From positions 2,368,001-2,432,000 of the forward strand of contig OZ245006.1 in assembly GCA_965223545.1 (NCBI GenBank): a stretch of 64,000 nucleotides of DNA, in the 5' to 3' direction. Numbering within the stretch: the first letter of the stretch is position 1; each line of letters begins with the position of its first letter. The DNA is from Planctomycetota bacterium (GTDB lineage: Bacteria > Planctomycetota > UBA1135 > UBA2386). The notes under the pieces are model-generated. The model made no database searches. It was not told the DNA's origin and saw only the letters and a list, made by a program, of their open reading frames with translations. Of this stretch, positions 9,404-20,070 are shown piece after piece. The translations under genes were made by a program, and so were the position numbers.

Positions 9404-12400
9404 CTACCGACCGAGCTCGAGCTCGAGATCCGCGGTCGCCCCGGCAGAGGCGACCACGCGGTGCGCGGCAGAGCGGGAGAACGAACGGCTGGCCGCCACC
9501 CGCACGGTCCCCGTCGGCACCGAGATCGCCACGCGGCCATCCGCGTCGGTGCGACTGACGGCCACCTCTTGCGCGCGCTGCACGAAGGCCTCGTCGGCGG
9601 CCGGCGCCGGCCCATCCGCGGCCCAGTGGAGCACACGGACCCACGCGCCCGCCGCCGGCACTCCGTCCTGCAGGACGCGCACGCGCACGACGGCCGTCGG
9701 TGGCCGGGCGACCCGGACCACCGCTCCCGGTCCGGGCAGGGCGACTGGCAGCCGCAGACCGTCGGCGAACGCGATGTGGCCTGCCAGTGGCCAGACCGGC
9801 GACGGGCCGATCTCGACGACTGCACCAGAAGCTCCGCGCGCGTCGACGCGAACCCGACGCACGAGACCGATCTCGCCATCGGCCCGCGCGCCGGCGACCT
9901 CGATGACGGCCGGCCCAACCGCGCTCCCGCCACCCTCGATCTCGAGGTGCGCGGTCGCGGTGCCCAGCTGCACGCTCCAGTCCCCGCTGTTGGTGCGGCC
10001 CTCCCCGGGCGGACGGCACTCATAGGTGATCGCGCCGCGGCGCACGACGAGCCGGCTGGTGGGCATCGAACCGGAGAAGTCGGGGCGATAGCCGAGCGCG
10101 AGTCGGAACTCGCCATCCGCACCGGTCACCGTGCTCGCCTGCCCGACCGAGACCACGGCGCCATCGACCGGCGCCTCGCCGCTGCGCACCCGGCCGCTGA
10201 AGCGCGCGGCGACGTCGCGGTCGCGCAGATCGACCCAGGTCGTGCGGCCGGCGACGATCTCGACCGTCGCGAGCGGCGCCACCGCGACCCCTACATCGGA
10301 GTGGTAGCGACCGACCACCCACGAGCCCTCCGCCAGCCCGGGTATCGTCGCGCAGCCGCCGCGGATCACCGCGATCGCGTGCGGTCGGGGCGCGCCGGGG
10401 CGCGCCACGCCGACGTACACCGCGTCGCGCACCGCGAGCTGCAACACCCCGGCCGGCTGCAGCACGTGCTTCTCGACCACGGTGGCGCCGTCTTCGACCG
10501 CGACCTCCATGCGGCGATCGAACGACCAGCCCGCCGCGGCGACCTCCAACCGGTAACGCCCGGGCGGCAGACCATCGAGCGCGTAGCGACCCGCGGCATC
10601 GGTGACCGCTGCGAAGTGCCCGGCCGGGTTGCGCGGCGCGTTCTCCCAGCCCCCGTCCAGTCGCCAGACGTGCACGCCGTGCAGCACGAACCCCGCGGTG
10701 AAGTTGGACGTGCGCGGAGCCAGCACCGCGCGCACCCGCGCACCCGGCACCGGCAGCGACGCTGCCGTCACCCGGCCCTCGATGCGGCCGCCGACGGTGA
10801 CCTCCAAGTCGTGCCGCACGTCCTCACCGGCCGCGACCGACACGGTCGGCATCGAGACCGAGTTGGCCAGCGGTTGGTCGCCCCAGCGGAACGGCGCGGC
10901 GATGATCCGCAGGCCCATAGTGGAGCGCAGCGACAGGCCATGGGTACCCGGCGGAACGCCTTCGAACGCGTACCTGCCACCGCGCACAACGGCATCGCGG
11001 CGGCGCCCAAAGGCCACGTGATAGGCATGCGTACCGCCGGTGTGCAGCGTGACGACGGCGCCCTCGACCTGCGCGAGCGGCACTCCGACAATCCGCCCCG
11101 ACACCGTCCCCGGTGACGACACTTCGACGTGCAGCGCCACCGGCTGTCGGCGATCGTCGGTCGGCAGCGAACGCCAGCCCAGACGACCGTCGGGCGCAGT
11201 GGCCGCCACGCCGCCGAGGCGCACGCCGTCGCGCGCCAACACCGCCACTCCATTCGCGCCGGTGGTCGCCGCGACGATTCCCGCGGTACCGCTCGCCGGC
11301 GGCCACTCGTTGGACGACGCCCAGCCGAACAGCTCGACCCGTGCGCCCTCGACCGGCGCGCCTCCGCCGGATTCGACCACCAGCACGCGCAGCGCGTCGG
11401 TTGCCGCCGACGCCGGCTCCATCCGCAGCACGAGCGGTGCCCCCGGCGCTCCCGCCGCCACCGCGGTGATGCGGCGCGCCTCGAGTCCGGGCGCCCGGGC
11501 CCGGACCAGCACGGGTCCCGCCGCCAGCTCGTCGATCGAGAACCGGCCCCGCGCATCGGTGCGCGCGCGGGCCACGGCGGCGCGGTCGTCGGCGATCGAC
11601 TGCATCGGTGGCAGGGGGCCGAGGTACGGCTCGACGGTGACGGTCGCGTCCGCACGCCCCTCGCCGCCTGCCCCGATCACCAGTCCCCGCAATCCGCCGA
11701 CGCCGCGCTCGCCAGGATACATCCGTGGCGCGGCGGCGACGGATGGCTCCGCCGAAACGGCCACCGGCGTGCGCGCGTTCTCCCCCGCCGCCTCAGCCGC
11801 AGCGACCACGGGTTCCGCCTCCGCACGGAGCTGCGCCGTGGCCACGGGCACGACCGGTTCGGCGGCTGCGCCGCGCAGGCCACGCCACACACTCCACGAC
11901 AAGAGAACGGTCGCCGCCGCGGCGACCACGGTGACGAGTCTCTTCACGGTCACTCCCGCCAACCAAGTCACTCCGGCGCGCGGCACCAACAACGGCGCCA
12001 GCAGCGCCCGCCAACCGCCGGCATTCCCGGCCGATCGATCCAGCTCGCCGCGCAGCCGCCGCAGCGCGCGCGCGATGCGCGTGCGCACCGTCGCCGGTGG
12101 CACCCCGAGCCGACGCGCGATCTCGCGCGGCATCATGCCTTCGTAGTAGCGCAGCAGCAGCACTTCTCGAAACGGCGGGTCGAGCACCAGCAGTGCGCGG
12201 ACGACGCACTCGCGGGCCGATTCGCGCTGCAGCACTTCGGCCGGCGATGGCGCGGTCTCCTGCCGGGCGACGGCGCGCTCGCGCTCGCTGCGCCGCCGCG
12301 CCGAACGCGCCTGGTTGAGCCACGTGCGCCGCGCCAGGGTCGCCAACCAGCCGCGCAGCGAGGCGTCGTGGCGGGGCGGCCGCTGCAAGGCGCGCAGCCA

Positions 12401-12514
12401 GACCGTCTGCGCCAGCTCGTCGCCACCGTCGTCGTCGCCGACCAGATCGCGCGCCAGCTGGCGGACGAATTCGGTGTGCTGCAGCAGGGCTGTCGGGGAG
12501 GACTCCGCGGCCAT
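9404..12514 (-). CDS. ECF sigma factor fused to a TM helix and carboxypeptidase-regulatory-like (beta-sandwich) repeats
   Basis: Sigma region 2 (DELAQTVWLRAL, LRGWL) and region 4 (REVLLLRYYEG...TVRTRIARALRRLR); TM; repeated TDARGRF / TDAAGRY..GLPPGRY units. Confidence 0.85.
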   Translation of the reverse strand: MAAESSPTALLQHTEFVRQLARDLVGDDDGGDELAQTVWLRALQRPPRHDASLRGWLATLARRTWLNQARSARRRSERERAVARQETAPSPAEVLQRESARECVVRALLVLDPPFREVLLLRYYEGMMPREIARRLGVPPATVRTRIARALRRLRGELDRSAGNAGGWRALLAPLLVPRAGVTWLAGVTVKRLVTVVAAAATVLLSWSVWRGLRGAAAEPVVPVATAQLRAEAEPVVAAAEAAGENARTPVAVSAEPSVAAAPRMYPGERGVGGLRGLVIGAGGEGRADATVTVEPYLGPLPPMQSIADDRAAVARARTDARGRFSIDELAAGPVLVRARAPGLEARRITAVAAGAPGAPLVLRMEPASAATDALRVLVVESGGGAPVEGARVELFGWASSNEWPPASGTAGIVAATTGANGVAVLARDGVRLGGVAATAPDGRLGWRSLPTDDRRQPVALHVEVSSPGTVSGRIVGVPLAQVEGAVVTLHTGGTHAYHVAFGRRRDAVVRGGRYAFEGVPPGTHGLSLRSTMGLRIIAAPFRWGDQPLANSVSMPTVSVAAGEDVRHDLEVTVGGRIEGRVTAASLPVPGARVRAVLAPRTSNFTAGFVLHGVHVWRLDGGWENAPRNPAGHFAAVTDAAGRYALDGLPPGRYRLEVAAAGWSFDRRMEVAVEDGATVVEKHVLQPAGVLQLAVRDAVYVGVARPGAPRPHAIAVIRGGCATIPGLAEGSWVVGRYHSDVGVAVAPLATVEIVAGRTTWVDLRDRDVAARFSGRVRSGEAPVDGAVVSVGQASTVTGADGEFRLALGYRPDFSGSMPTSRLVVRRGAITYECRPPGEGRTNSGDWSVQLGTATAHLEIEGGGSAVGPAVIEVAGARADGEIGLVRRVRVDARGASGAVVEIGPSPVWPLAGHIAFADGLRLPVALPGPGAVVRVARPPTAVVRVRVLQDGVPAAGAWVRVLHWAADGPAPAADEAFVQRAQEVAVSRTDADGRVAISVPTGTVRVAASRSFSRSAAHRVVASAGATADLELELGR

Positions 12515-12526
12515 GTCGCCCCATTC

Positions 12527-12552
12527 AACACCGCCGCGCCGGCAGCGTTTCC
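12527..12552 (-). promoter_or_regulatory. Candidate ECF-type (autoregulatory) promoter
   Basis: Minus strand reads GGAAAC-N16-TGTT just upstream of the ECF fusion start. Confidence 0.3.
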
Positions 12553-12581
12553 GAGTTTGCCGCGCCGGTCAGGGCGATCGG

Positions 12582-13508
12582 TCAGGGCAACTGCAGTGCA
12601 ATCCGGTTGCCGGTACCCCAGTGCGTGCCCGAGGGACGCTGGTCGCCAATCAAGTGCTGCAGGTACACCGTGGCGACCGGAAGCGCCGGCGGCAACGCGA
12701 ACGCGAGCACGGCCTCGCCGCTCGCGCCGACCGCCGCCGGAACGCCCAGCAAAGGAGTCGTAGCGAGCCGGCACCCCGACGGTGGCACCGGCACCGCGGC
12801 AGCATCGAGGCCGAGGACGAAATAGCTGTGTGGGGTCACCGTGGACGGCGCGGCGACGAGACGCACGCCCTCCACGCCACTGGCGGCGTCGACGGAGCGA
12901 TGACCGTGGGCACTGGTGCCGCAGACGGACGCGGACGTGGCCAAGCCGGCCGCGCCGGGCACGAACGTGAGATCCAGCTGGCCATCGACGCCGAACGAAG
13001 TCGGGATCAGCTGCCCCACCGAAGCGCGCACCACCAGGCCTCTGGCGTCCAGGACCACCGGAATCGAGAGCCGGGCTGGCACCGGGAAGCCGGTGATCTC
13101 CGCGACGCGATCGTCGCCGACGTCGAGGAAGGCGAACCCGCGCGCGCGTACGTCGAGCACGCCCGCCACCGGCACCTCGGCGCGAAAGCGCGCGGTCACC
13201 GCTGCGGCGGCGGCCATGGTGGCCGTGCACTGCTCGCCCAGCGGTGAGAACATCCCCGCCGACGCCTGCAGCTGCAGCGACTCTCGCACCACCGCGGCAC
13301 TCGCGCTGGCCAACACCGTGCACGAGAAGCCCGCGAATCCCGACGCCGCGGCCTGACCGCCGGTCGGGCCGCCGGTGCTGGACTGGGTCTGCCCGTTTGC
13401 GTTGGCGTAGTACGAGCCCGCCGTCACCACCGGCGTCACGCTCTGTGCCCCGACCACACCCGCGACACCGACCATCACCAACGCCGCGCCGATCCTCGGG
13501 TCCACCAT
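12582..13508 (-). CDS. Secreted hypothetical protein with C-terminal module
   Basis: Signal peptide ending VVGA-Q; C-terminus GEAVLAFALPPALPVATVYLQ...GNRIALQLP. Confidence 0.7.
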   Translation of the reverse strand: MVDPRIGAALVMVGVAGVVGAQSVTPVVTAGSYYANANGQTQSSTGGPTGGQAAASGFAGFSCTVLASASAAVVRESLQLQASAGMFSPLGEQCTATMAAAAAVTARFRAEVPVAGVLDVRARGFAFLDVGDDRVAEITGFPVPARLSIPVVLDARGLVVRASVGQLIPTSFGVDGQLDLTFVPGAAGLATSASVCGTSAHGHRSVDAASGVEGVRLVAAPSTVTPHSYFVLGLDAAAVPVPPSGCRLATTPLLGVPAAVGASGEAVLAFALPPALPVATVYLQHLIGDQRPSGTHWGTGNRIALQLP

Positions 13509-13619
13509 GCCGCCATCATAGGCGCCGGGAACGCCGCGGTGGGGAGTGTGCGAAAGCCGAGGTGCATCCGGCTGGCGTTCCTGCTACATCGTGGGTCGTC
13601 TGTCTCGCTTCCGCGCGCC

Positions 13620-15449
13620 TTGGATACCCTCAATCTGCTCATCCTGATCCTGGTGGTCGCGGTTGGCGCGCAGTGGGTCGCGTCGCGCCTGCACCTGCCC
13701 GCGCTGCTGTTGCTGCTCGGCAGCGGACTCTCGCTGGGGCCGATCGGCTGGGACATCCTCGACCTGGAGACGACGTTCCACGACGACACCCTCGACGCGA
13801 TGGTCCGGCTCGCGGTCGCGGTGATCCTGTTCGAGGGCGGCCTGTCGCTGCACCTGCGGGAAGCACGCGCGGTCGGCACCACCCTGTGGCGCCTGATCCT
13901 CGCCGGGCTGGTGCTGGGTTTCAGCCTGGTCACCGTTCTCGCGGTCACCGTCGGCGGGCTGTCGCTGCCGGTCGCCGCGACCCTCGGCGCCATCCTGGTG
14001 GTCACCGGCCCGACCGTCATCATCCCAATGCTGCGCAGCGCGCGGATCTCGTTCCGGCCGGCGGCGCTGCTCAAGTGGGAGGGCATCGTCAACGACCCGC
14101 TGGGCGCGTTGCTGGCGATCCTGGTCCTGCAGCTGACCCTGTTGCTCGAGCAGCCGGGAAGCAGCGTCGCCTTCGTCGTCGCGTCGTTCGTCGGCAACGC
14201 CGTGCTGGCGGGGGCGATCGGCGCGGCGATGGGTTGGCTGTTGGCGTATTTGCTGGATGGCGGCGCGATCCGCGAGGACCTCAAGAGCCCGGTCATGCTG
14301 GCTTCGGTGCTCGGCGTGTTCGGCGTGGCCGAGTACCTGCAGCACGAGAATGGCCTCTTGGCGGTGACCGCGATGGGCATCGCGCTCGCCAACTCCGAGA
14401 CCTCGAGCCTCGAGGACATCCGCCACTTCAAGGAGCAAGTCAGCACGCTGCTGGTCGGCTTCTTGTTCGTCGTGCTCTCGGCACAGCTGCAGCCGGAAGC
14501 CGTCGAGGCCCTGCTCGGCCCGCCGCTGCTGTTGGTGGCGTTGGTGCTGTTCGTGGTGCGACCGCTGGTCGTGCTGGCGGCAACCGCGGGCTCGACGCTG
14601 CCGTGGTCCGAACGCGCGCTGGTGGGGTGGATCGCGCCGCGCGGCATCGTCGCGGCGGCGGTCGCCGGAGCGTTCGAGAGCCGATTGATCGAGAACCACC
14701 CCGACGCCGCGTTGTTGCAGCCCATCGTGTTCGGCGTCATCGCCTCGACCGTGATGCTGCACGGCCTGTCGATCCGGCCAATGGCGCGCATGCTGGGCCT
14801 CGCCGGCCGCGCCGGCAACGGCATCTTGATCGTCGGCGCCTCCACGTGGGCGGTCGAGCTGGCGCGCGCGCTGGCCCGCGCTGGCGCCTTCGTCGTGCTC
14901 GCCGACACACGCTACCGGCGCGTGACCTTGGCGCGCCAGTCCGGCGTCGAAGTGCACTTCGGCGACGTGCTCTCCGAGGAAACCGCGATGGAGCTGCCGC
15001 TCGAGCGGGTGTCGTGGCTGCTGGCCGCCACCGCCGACGATTCCTACAACGCGCTGGTCTCGGTGCACTACACGCACGAGCTCGGCCGGCAACGAGTGCT
15101 GCAGCTCACGCCGGTGGCCGCGCAGGGCAGCGTCAAGGGCCGCGATGCGGCGGCACACATGAGTGGAGTCTCGCCTTGGGGCGAGCAGGCGTCGTACGGG
15201 GCGATCGCGCGCAGGTTCTGGCAGGGCTCGAGCTTCAAGGTGACGCAGACCAGCGAGCAGTACGCGTGGGAGGAGGTCTTGACGAAGAACCGCGGGGCGC
15301 TGTTCCTGTTCGCGCTCCACCAGGACCGCATCATCGTCGTCAGCGATGACGTCGCCCCGCCGCTCGGCGCCAAGATCGTGTATCTGCCGGGATTGCCGGA
15401 CGGCCGCACCGCGAGCGCGCCGGCGGCCGCCGAGGCACCGCCGGGCTGA
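13620..15449 (+). CDS. NhaP-type cation:proton antiporter (CPA1) with TrkA-N/RCK domain
   Basis: VILFEGG, VTGPTVI, WEGIVNDP, IAPRGIVAAA motifs; C-terminal ILIVGA...GDVLSE; TTG start at 13620 assumed. Confidence 0.9.
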   Translation: MDTLNLLILILVVAVGAQWVASRLHLPALLLLLGSGLSLGPIGWDILDLETTFHDDTLDAMVRLAVAVILFEGGLSLHLREARAVGTTLWRLILAGLVLGFSLVTVLAVTVGGLSLPVAATLGAILVVTGPTVIIPMLRSARISFRPAALLKWEGIVNDPLGALLAILVLQLTLLLEQPGSSVAFVVASFVGNAVLAGAIGAAMGWLLAYLLDGGAIREDLKSPVMLASVLGVFGVAEYLQHENGLLAVTAMGIALANSETSSLEDIRHFKEQVSTLLVGFLFVVLSAQLQPEAVEALLGPPLLLVALVLFVVRPLVVLAATAGSTLPWSERALVGWIAPRGIVAAAVAGAFESRLIENHPDAALLQPIVFGVIASTVMLHGLSIRPMARMLGLAGRAGNGILIVGASTWAVELARALARAGAFVVLADTRYRRVTLARQSGVEVHFGDVLSEETAMELPLERVSWLLAATADDSYNALVSVHYTHELGRQRVLQLTPVAAQGSVKGRDAAAHMSGVSPWGEQASYGAIARRFWQGSSFKVTQTSEQYAWEEVLTKNRGALFLFALHQDRIIVVSDDVAPPLGAKIVYLPGLPDGRTASAPAAAEAPPG

Positions 15450-15640
15450 CTGCAGCCCTCAGCGTCCGGGGCCGAGAATCCTCGAGCGGCGACAGTGCCT
15501 CCTGGCTCAGCGCGGCGGCGGATGGGGTCAGACCTTCTGAACGCGGCATCCGAGCACTTGGTTGCGGTGGCCGCGCTCCCGCCGGGCCGGTCCGGCCGGC
15601 CACACGCCCGCGGCCACCGCTGCGAGAACCAGGCGTTACA

Positions 15641-17428
15641 ATGTCAGGAATGCTTGCCCTGACTCTGACGCTCTGCCTGGCGGCGCCCCAGAGCCCCGGC
15701 TTCGAGCAGGCCCCGACCGGGCTGACCGTGGTCTGCGTCGACGTGGGCCACGGGGACGGCACCGTGATCCGCGCCCCGGACGGCACCGTGCACGTGATCG
15801 ACTCCGGCGTCGAAAACATGGGCACCTCCGCGGTCGTGCCGGTGATCCAGTCGCTGGCGCCGACGGGGTATGGCGTGGCGATCGCGACGCACTACCACTT
15901 CTGCCACATCGGGGGTCTGGACGAGGTGATCCAGGCGCTGCCGTTCCCCGAGGTGTGGGATCGGGGCGATGACAACTTCTTCCAGTCCTCTGCCGGCACG
16001 GCGTACCTGGCGGCAGCCGGCGCGCGGCGGCGCACCGTCACGCCCGGCCAGGTCTTCCAGCTCGGCGGCGGTGCGACGCTGACCGTCATTTCCACCAACG
16101 GCCAGATCGTCGGCGGGACCACCGTGCCCGTCGCCGGCATCAACGGCGAGGAGAACGCGCGCTCGATCGCGCTGCGGCTGGACTACGGTCAGTTCTCGAT
16201 GTGGATCGCCGGTGACCTCACCGGCGGGCTCGAGAACACCCCCGACGTCGAGACGCCGGCTTCGGCGGCGTGCGGCGACGTCGACGTCTATCAGGTCAAC
16301 CACCACGGCGCCGACGACGCCACCAACGACAACTTGGTTGCCAACCTGCGTCCGGACCTCGCGGTCTTCAGCGCGGCGCAGAACACCCGAGGCTCGCCGA
16401 CCACTGGCGCAATCACGCGCCTCAACCGGCTCGGAGCCGGCCTGCCGATGGTGTGCACGACCCCGGGCATGGGAACCCTCGGCTTCGCCGTGGTCGGCAA
16501 CTTGACGATCACCACCGACGGCACCCGTTATCGCGCCACCGCGCAGGATGGGCAGTTCCTCGACCTGTTCGTCGATGAAGTTCGCGGCCGCCAACCCGGC
16601 GCCGGCGACATCGTACTGAGCGAGGTCATGCGTGACCCAGCACAGGTGCCGGACGTCAACGGCGAGTACCTCGAGCTGACCAACGTGAGCACCGCCCCGG
16701 TGTCGCTCAAGGAAGTGACGGTCACCACGAGCGCGGGCTCCTACCGCTGGGCGGCACAGGTCATGCTCTTGCCGGGACGCCCCGTGCTCGCCTCCGCCGA
16801 CGGCTACCCGGCGCGCAACGGCGGCCTCGGCCTCTCGCTCGTCTGGCCGCCGAACAGCCTCTCGCTCGGAGACCAAAGCGAGACCATCACCCTGACGCGG
16901 GGGCCGGTGACCCTCGACACGTTGACCTACGGAGCGGGCTTCGCCGGCGGCCCCGGCGCCGCCGCCGAACTCACCGACCTGCGCAACCCCGGTGCTGCCA
17001 ACTTCGCCGTGGCCACCACGCGCTACGGTCGCGGCGACCTGGGCACGCCCGCCCGGCGCAACAGCACCGACGTTTCGGCGTTCGCCGCCGCTCTCGCGGT
17101 CGAGACCGACGGCGCCGGCCTGCTGTTCCACAGCACTGCGCTGTCGCACGGCGGCATGATCGGCGTGGTGGGGATGGCCCTGTCGACGACCCCGGCGACG
17201 ACGGTGCTCGGCGCGACGATCCCGTTGGCGCCGGATTCGCTGCTGCTGACCAGCCTGCAGCTGCCGGGCTTCATCGCCCCGCTGCCCGCCGAGGGCTACC
17301 GCAGCCACCGGATCGTGACCCCGGCCGTGGTCAGCGGCCTGCCCGCGTTTGCCGCGCACACCGTGCTCGACCCGATCGGCGGCACCATCCCCACCGTCTC
17401 CACCGCAGTTCCGCTGGTGTTTCCGTAG
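15641..17428 (+). CDS. Secreted ComEC/Rec2-like metallo-beta-lactamase-fold hydrolase with lamin-tail domain and C-terminal module
   Basis: DVGHGD, THYHFCHIGG, EN.RS, GDL, NHHG; lamin-tail signature IVLSEVM.DP...GEYLELTN...GTP. Confidence 0.8.
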   Translation: MSGMLALTLTLCLAAPQSPGFEQAPTGLTVVCVDVGHGDGTVIRAPDGTVHVIDSGVENMGTSAVVPVIQSLAPTGYGVAIATHYHFCHIGGLDEVIQALPFPEVWDRGDDNFFQSSAGTAYLAAAGARRRTVTPGQVFQLGGGATLTVISTNGQIVGGTTVPVAGINGEENARSIALRLDYGQFSMWIAGDLTGGLENTPDVETPASAACGDVDVYQVNHHGADDATNDNLVANLRPDLAVFSAAQNTRGSPTTGAITRLNRLGAGLPMVCTTPGMGTLGFAVVGNLTITTDGTRYRATAQDGQFLDLFVDEVRGRQPGAGDIVLSEVMRDPAQVPDVNGEYLELTNVSTAPVSLKEVTVTTSAGSYRWAAQVMLLPGRPVLASADGYPARNGGLGLSLVWPPNSLSLGDQSETITLTRGPVTLDTLTYGAGFAGGPGAAAELTDLRNPGAANFAVATTRYGRGDLGTPARRNSTDVSAFAAALAVETDGAGLLFHSTALSHGGMIGVVGMALSTTPATTVLGATIPLAPDSLLLTSLQLPGFIAPLPAEGYRSHRIVTPAVVSGLPAFAAHTVLDPIGGTIPTVSTAVPLVFP

Positions 17429-17452
17429 CGTGGCGCACGTCGCCTCGGCGCG

Positions 17453-20053
17453 ATGCTGATCACCCCCCCGACCGCGCGCCCGCCGAACGCCCGGCCAACC
17501 GCCCCCACTCGACGCCGGCGCTACTGGCTCGCGGCGGCCCTGCTGGTCGGCTACACGGGTGCAGTGTTGGGCCTGCTGTGCTTGCTCAACCCCGCGTTCG
17601 TGCCACTGCTGCGCCAGCTTCCCGGCCGGATCGCCGGCGCCGGCAACGCCCTGCAGCGCCAGCTGCTGCCGGCGCAGCACGCCGCGCCGCGGCTCGCGCT
17701 GCGGCTGGATGCGGAGGCGACCGCCCAGCTGGCGGCGGACCGCGAACGCGCCCTCCAAGAGCTGTTCGTCGACTCTTCCGACAACCACTGGCTGCCCGCC
17801 GAAGCGAGCTGGGACGAAACCTCCGGCGCGGCTCGGGTCCGGCTCAAGGGCGTCCGCCGCGATCACTGGGCGCGCCCCGACAAGTGGTCGCTGGCCGTCG
17901 AGCTAGCCGGCGACGGCCGCTGGTTCGGACTGCGACGCTTCTCGCTGCAGCACCCCGGCACGCGCGCCTTCGAGCTCGAGTGGTTGTTCTCGCGCGCCCT
18001 GGCCGACGAGGGTCTGCTCTCGCCGCGCGTCGAGTTCGTCGAAGTGCAGATCAACGGCGACAGCCACGGCCTCTACCTGCTGCAGGAGACCACGGACGCG
18101 GCCCTGCTCGAACGCCACCAGCAGAGGCGCGGACCGATCGTCGCGTTCGACAAGGGCGACTGGGTGTCGTACTGGCGCGAGCACGTGCGCTACCAGCGGC
18201 TCGGCCACAGCAACCCGGCCTGGTTCTACCAATCGGCGCCGGTGCGCCTGGCGCGCACCAAACGCCTCTCCGGCGAGGCCGCCGAAGCCGATGCGCAGCT
18301 GCAAGCGGTCGCGCTGCTGGAGGCGTTCCGCAGCGGTCGGCTGCCCGCACACGACGTGTTCGACATCGAGGCGATGGCCAACCTCGCCGCCGTGCAAGCC
18401 GTGCTCGGCGGCGCGGAGTTCGACTGGAAGGACCTCGATTTCCACTACGACCCGATCACCGCGCAGCTGGTGCCGATCGGCGCAGAGCTGCCGTACGCGC
18501 CGCTGGTCGAGACCAACCGCTGGTGGCGCAACGGCAACACCGACGACGACGATCCGTTCGTCGCCCAGCTGTTCGCCGACCCCGAGTTCACCGAGCGCTA
18601 CCTCGGCCACCTCGACCGGGTCTCGCGCCCGGAGTGGCTGGCGGCGCTGCTGGAACGCCACCGCACCGAGCTCGCCGCTTGCCAGGCGCTGCTGGCGACC
18701 GAGTTCACCGACCACGAGTTCGACCCCGGCGAGCTGGTCGCCATCGCCAACGTGATCCGCAACACGCTGCGCCCGCCGCGCGCGGCGACCGCGCACCTCG
18801 TCCGCGCCGACGGCGACCGGCTGCTCGTGGAGATCGGCAACGTGCACGCGTTCCCGCTGCGCGTCATCGGCGCCAGCCTCGAGCGCGTCGGCAGACTGCG
18901 CGTCCTCGATCCCCCGACGCTGCCGGGCAAGCGCCTCTACGAGGTGGTGCGCACCGAGCCGGTCTGGCTGGAGCTGCCCGACGGCACGACCCTGAGCGGC
19001 AAGTGGCAGACGCGGCTGGAGGTCGAGCTGATGGCGCCGGGGCTCGACGCGGTGTTCAGCGCCAAGGCGACACCATGGCCAGCCGACGTGCGTCGCTACG
19101 ATGTCGCTCCCGATCCACTGCGCCAACCGATCCCACTCGACGAGTTCGACTGGGTGACCGTCGACGAAACGCGGCACGAGATCCGTTTGCTGCCCGGAGA
19201 CTGGGTGCTGGACCGGCCGCTGGTGCTGCCCTCGGGCCACACCGTGATCGGCGGCGCCAACACACGCATCGACCTGCGCGGCGGCGCTTTCATCGTCAGT
19301 CACTCGGCGGTCCGGCTGGCCGGCAGCGCCGAAGCCCCGTTCGTGCTGTACTCCAGCGACGGCTCCGGCGGCGGCCTGGCGGTGTTGAACGCCGGTGAGA
19401 TGTCGTCGCTACAGCACGTGGTGGCGCGGGACCTGTCGCCGCCGGCGCACGGCCGCTGGCAGCTCACCGGCGCGGTGACGTTCTACGAGTCGCCGGTGCG
19501 GATCGAGGACTGCACCTTCGCCGCCAACCGCGCCGGCGACGATCTGGTCAACCTGTTTCGCTCGTCGTTCTCGCTACACCGCTCGGAGCTGCGCGACAGC
19601 CTGGCCGACGCCTTGGACGTCGACTTCTCCGACGGCGTGCTGTCGGACGTGCGCTTCGCGCGCTGTGGCAACGACGCACTCGACACGTCGGGTAGCACGG
19701 TCGAAGTCCGCCGCGTGCACGTCGAGGGCGCCGGCGACAAGGGCATGAGCTTCGGCGAACGCAGCCGCGCCACCGTCGAGGACTGCACGCTGCTGGGGGC
19801 GCGCACCGGAGTCGCCAGCAAGGACGGCTCCGTCGTCCAGCTGCGGTCCGTGCGCTGCAGCGGCGGCGAGTTCGGCCTGGCCGTCTACCGCAAGAAGCCG
19901 GAGTTCGACGGCGGCGACCTCGAGGCCACCGACGTCGCGCTCGACGCGACCGTAGAGACCATCGTCGAGCGCGGCTCAACCCTGCGCATCGATGGCGCGA
20001 CGCTGCCGGGCGAACAGCGGAGCGTGGCCGACCTCATGGAGGCCGAGCGCTGA
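17453..20053 (+). CDS. CotH kinase-family protein with N-terminal TM and C-terminal right-handed beta-helix
   Basis: RVRLKG..DHW..KWS, FSLQHPGTR, FVEVQINGDSHGLYLLQE; beta-helix motifs GAVTFYES, GDDLVN, DALDVDFS, GNDALDTSGS, GDKGMSFGE. Confidence 0.8.
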   Translation: MLITPPTARPPNARPTAPTRRRRYWLAAALLVGYTGAVLGLLCLLNPAFVPLLRQLPGRIAGAGNALQRQLLPAQHAAPRLALRLDAEATAQLAADRERALQELFVDSSDNHWLPAEASWDETSGAARVRLKGVRRDHWARPDKWSLAVELAGDGRWFGLRRFSLQHPGTRAFELEWLFSRALADEGLLSPRVEFVEVQINGDSHGLYLLQETTDAALLERHQQRRGPIVAFDKGDWVSYWREHVRYQRLGHSNPAWFYQSAPVRLARTKRLSGEAAEADAQLQAVALLEAFRSGRLPAHDVFDIEAMANLAAVQAVLGGAEFDWKDLDFHYDPITAQLVPIGAELPYAPLVETNRWWRNGNTDDDDPFVAQLFADPEFTERYLGHLDRVSRPEWLAALLERHRTELAACQALLATEFTDHEFDPGELVAIANVIRNTLRPPRAATAHLVRADGDRLLVEIGNVHAFPLRVIGASLERVGRLRVLDPPTLPGKRLYEVVRTEPVWLELPDGTTLSGKWQTRLEVELMAPGLDAVFSAKATPWPADVRRYDVAPDPLRQPIPLDEFDWVTVDETRHEIRLLPGDWVLDRPLVLPSGHTVIGGANTRIDLRGGAFIVSHSAVRLAGSAEAPFVLYSSDGSGGGLAVLNAGEMSSLQHVVARDLSPPAHGRWQLTGAVTFYESPVRIEDCTFAANRAGDDLVNLFRSSFSLHRSELRDSLADALDVDFSDGVLSDVRFARCGNDALDTSGSTVEVRRVHVEGAGDKGMSFGERSRATVEDCTLLGARTGVASKDGSVVQLRSVRCSGGEFGLAVYRKKPEFDGGDLEATDVALDATVETIVERGSTLRIDGATLPGEQRSVADLMEAER

Positions 20054-20070
20054 CCGCCGCACCCTGGCTC

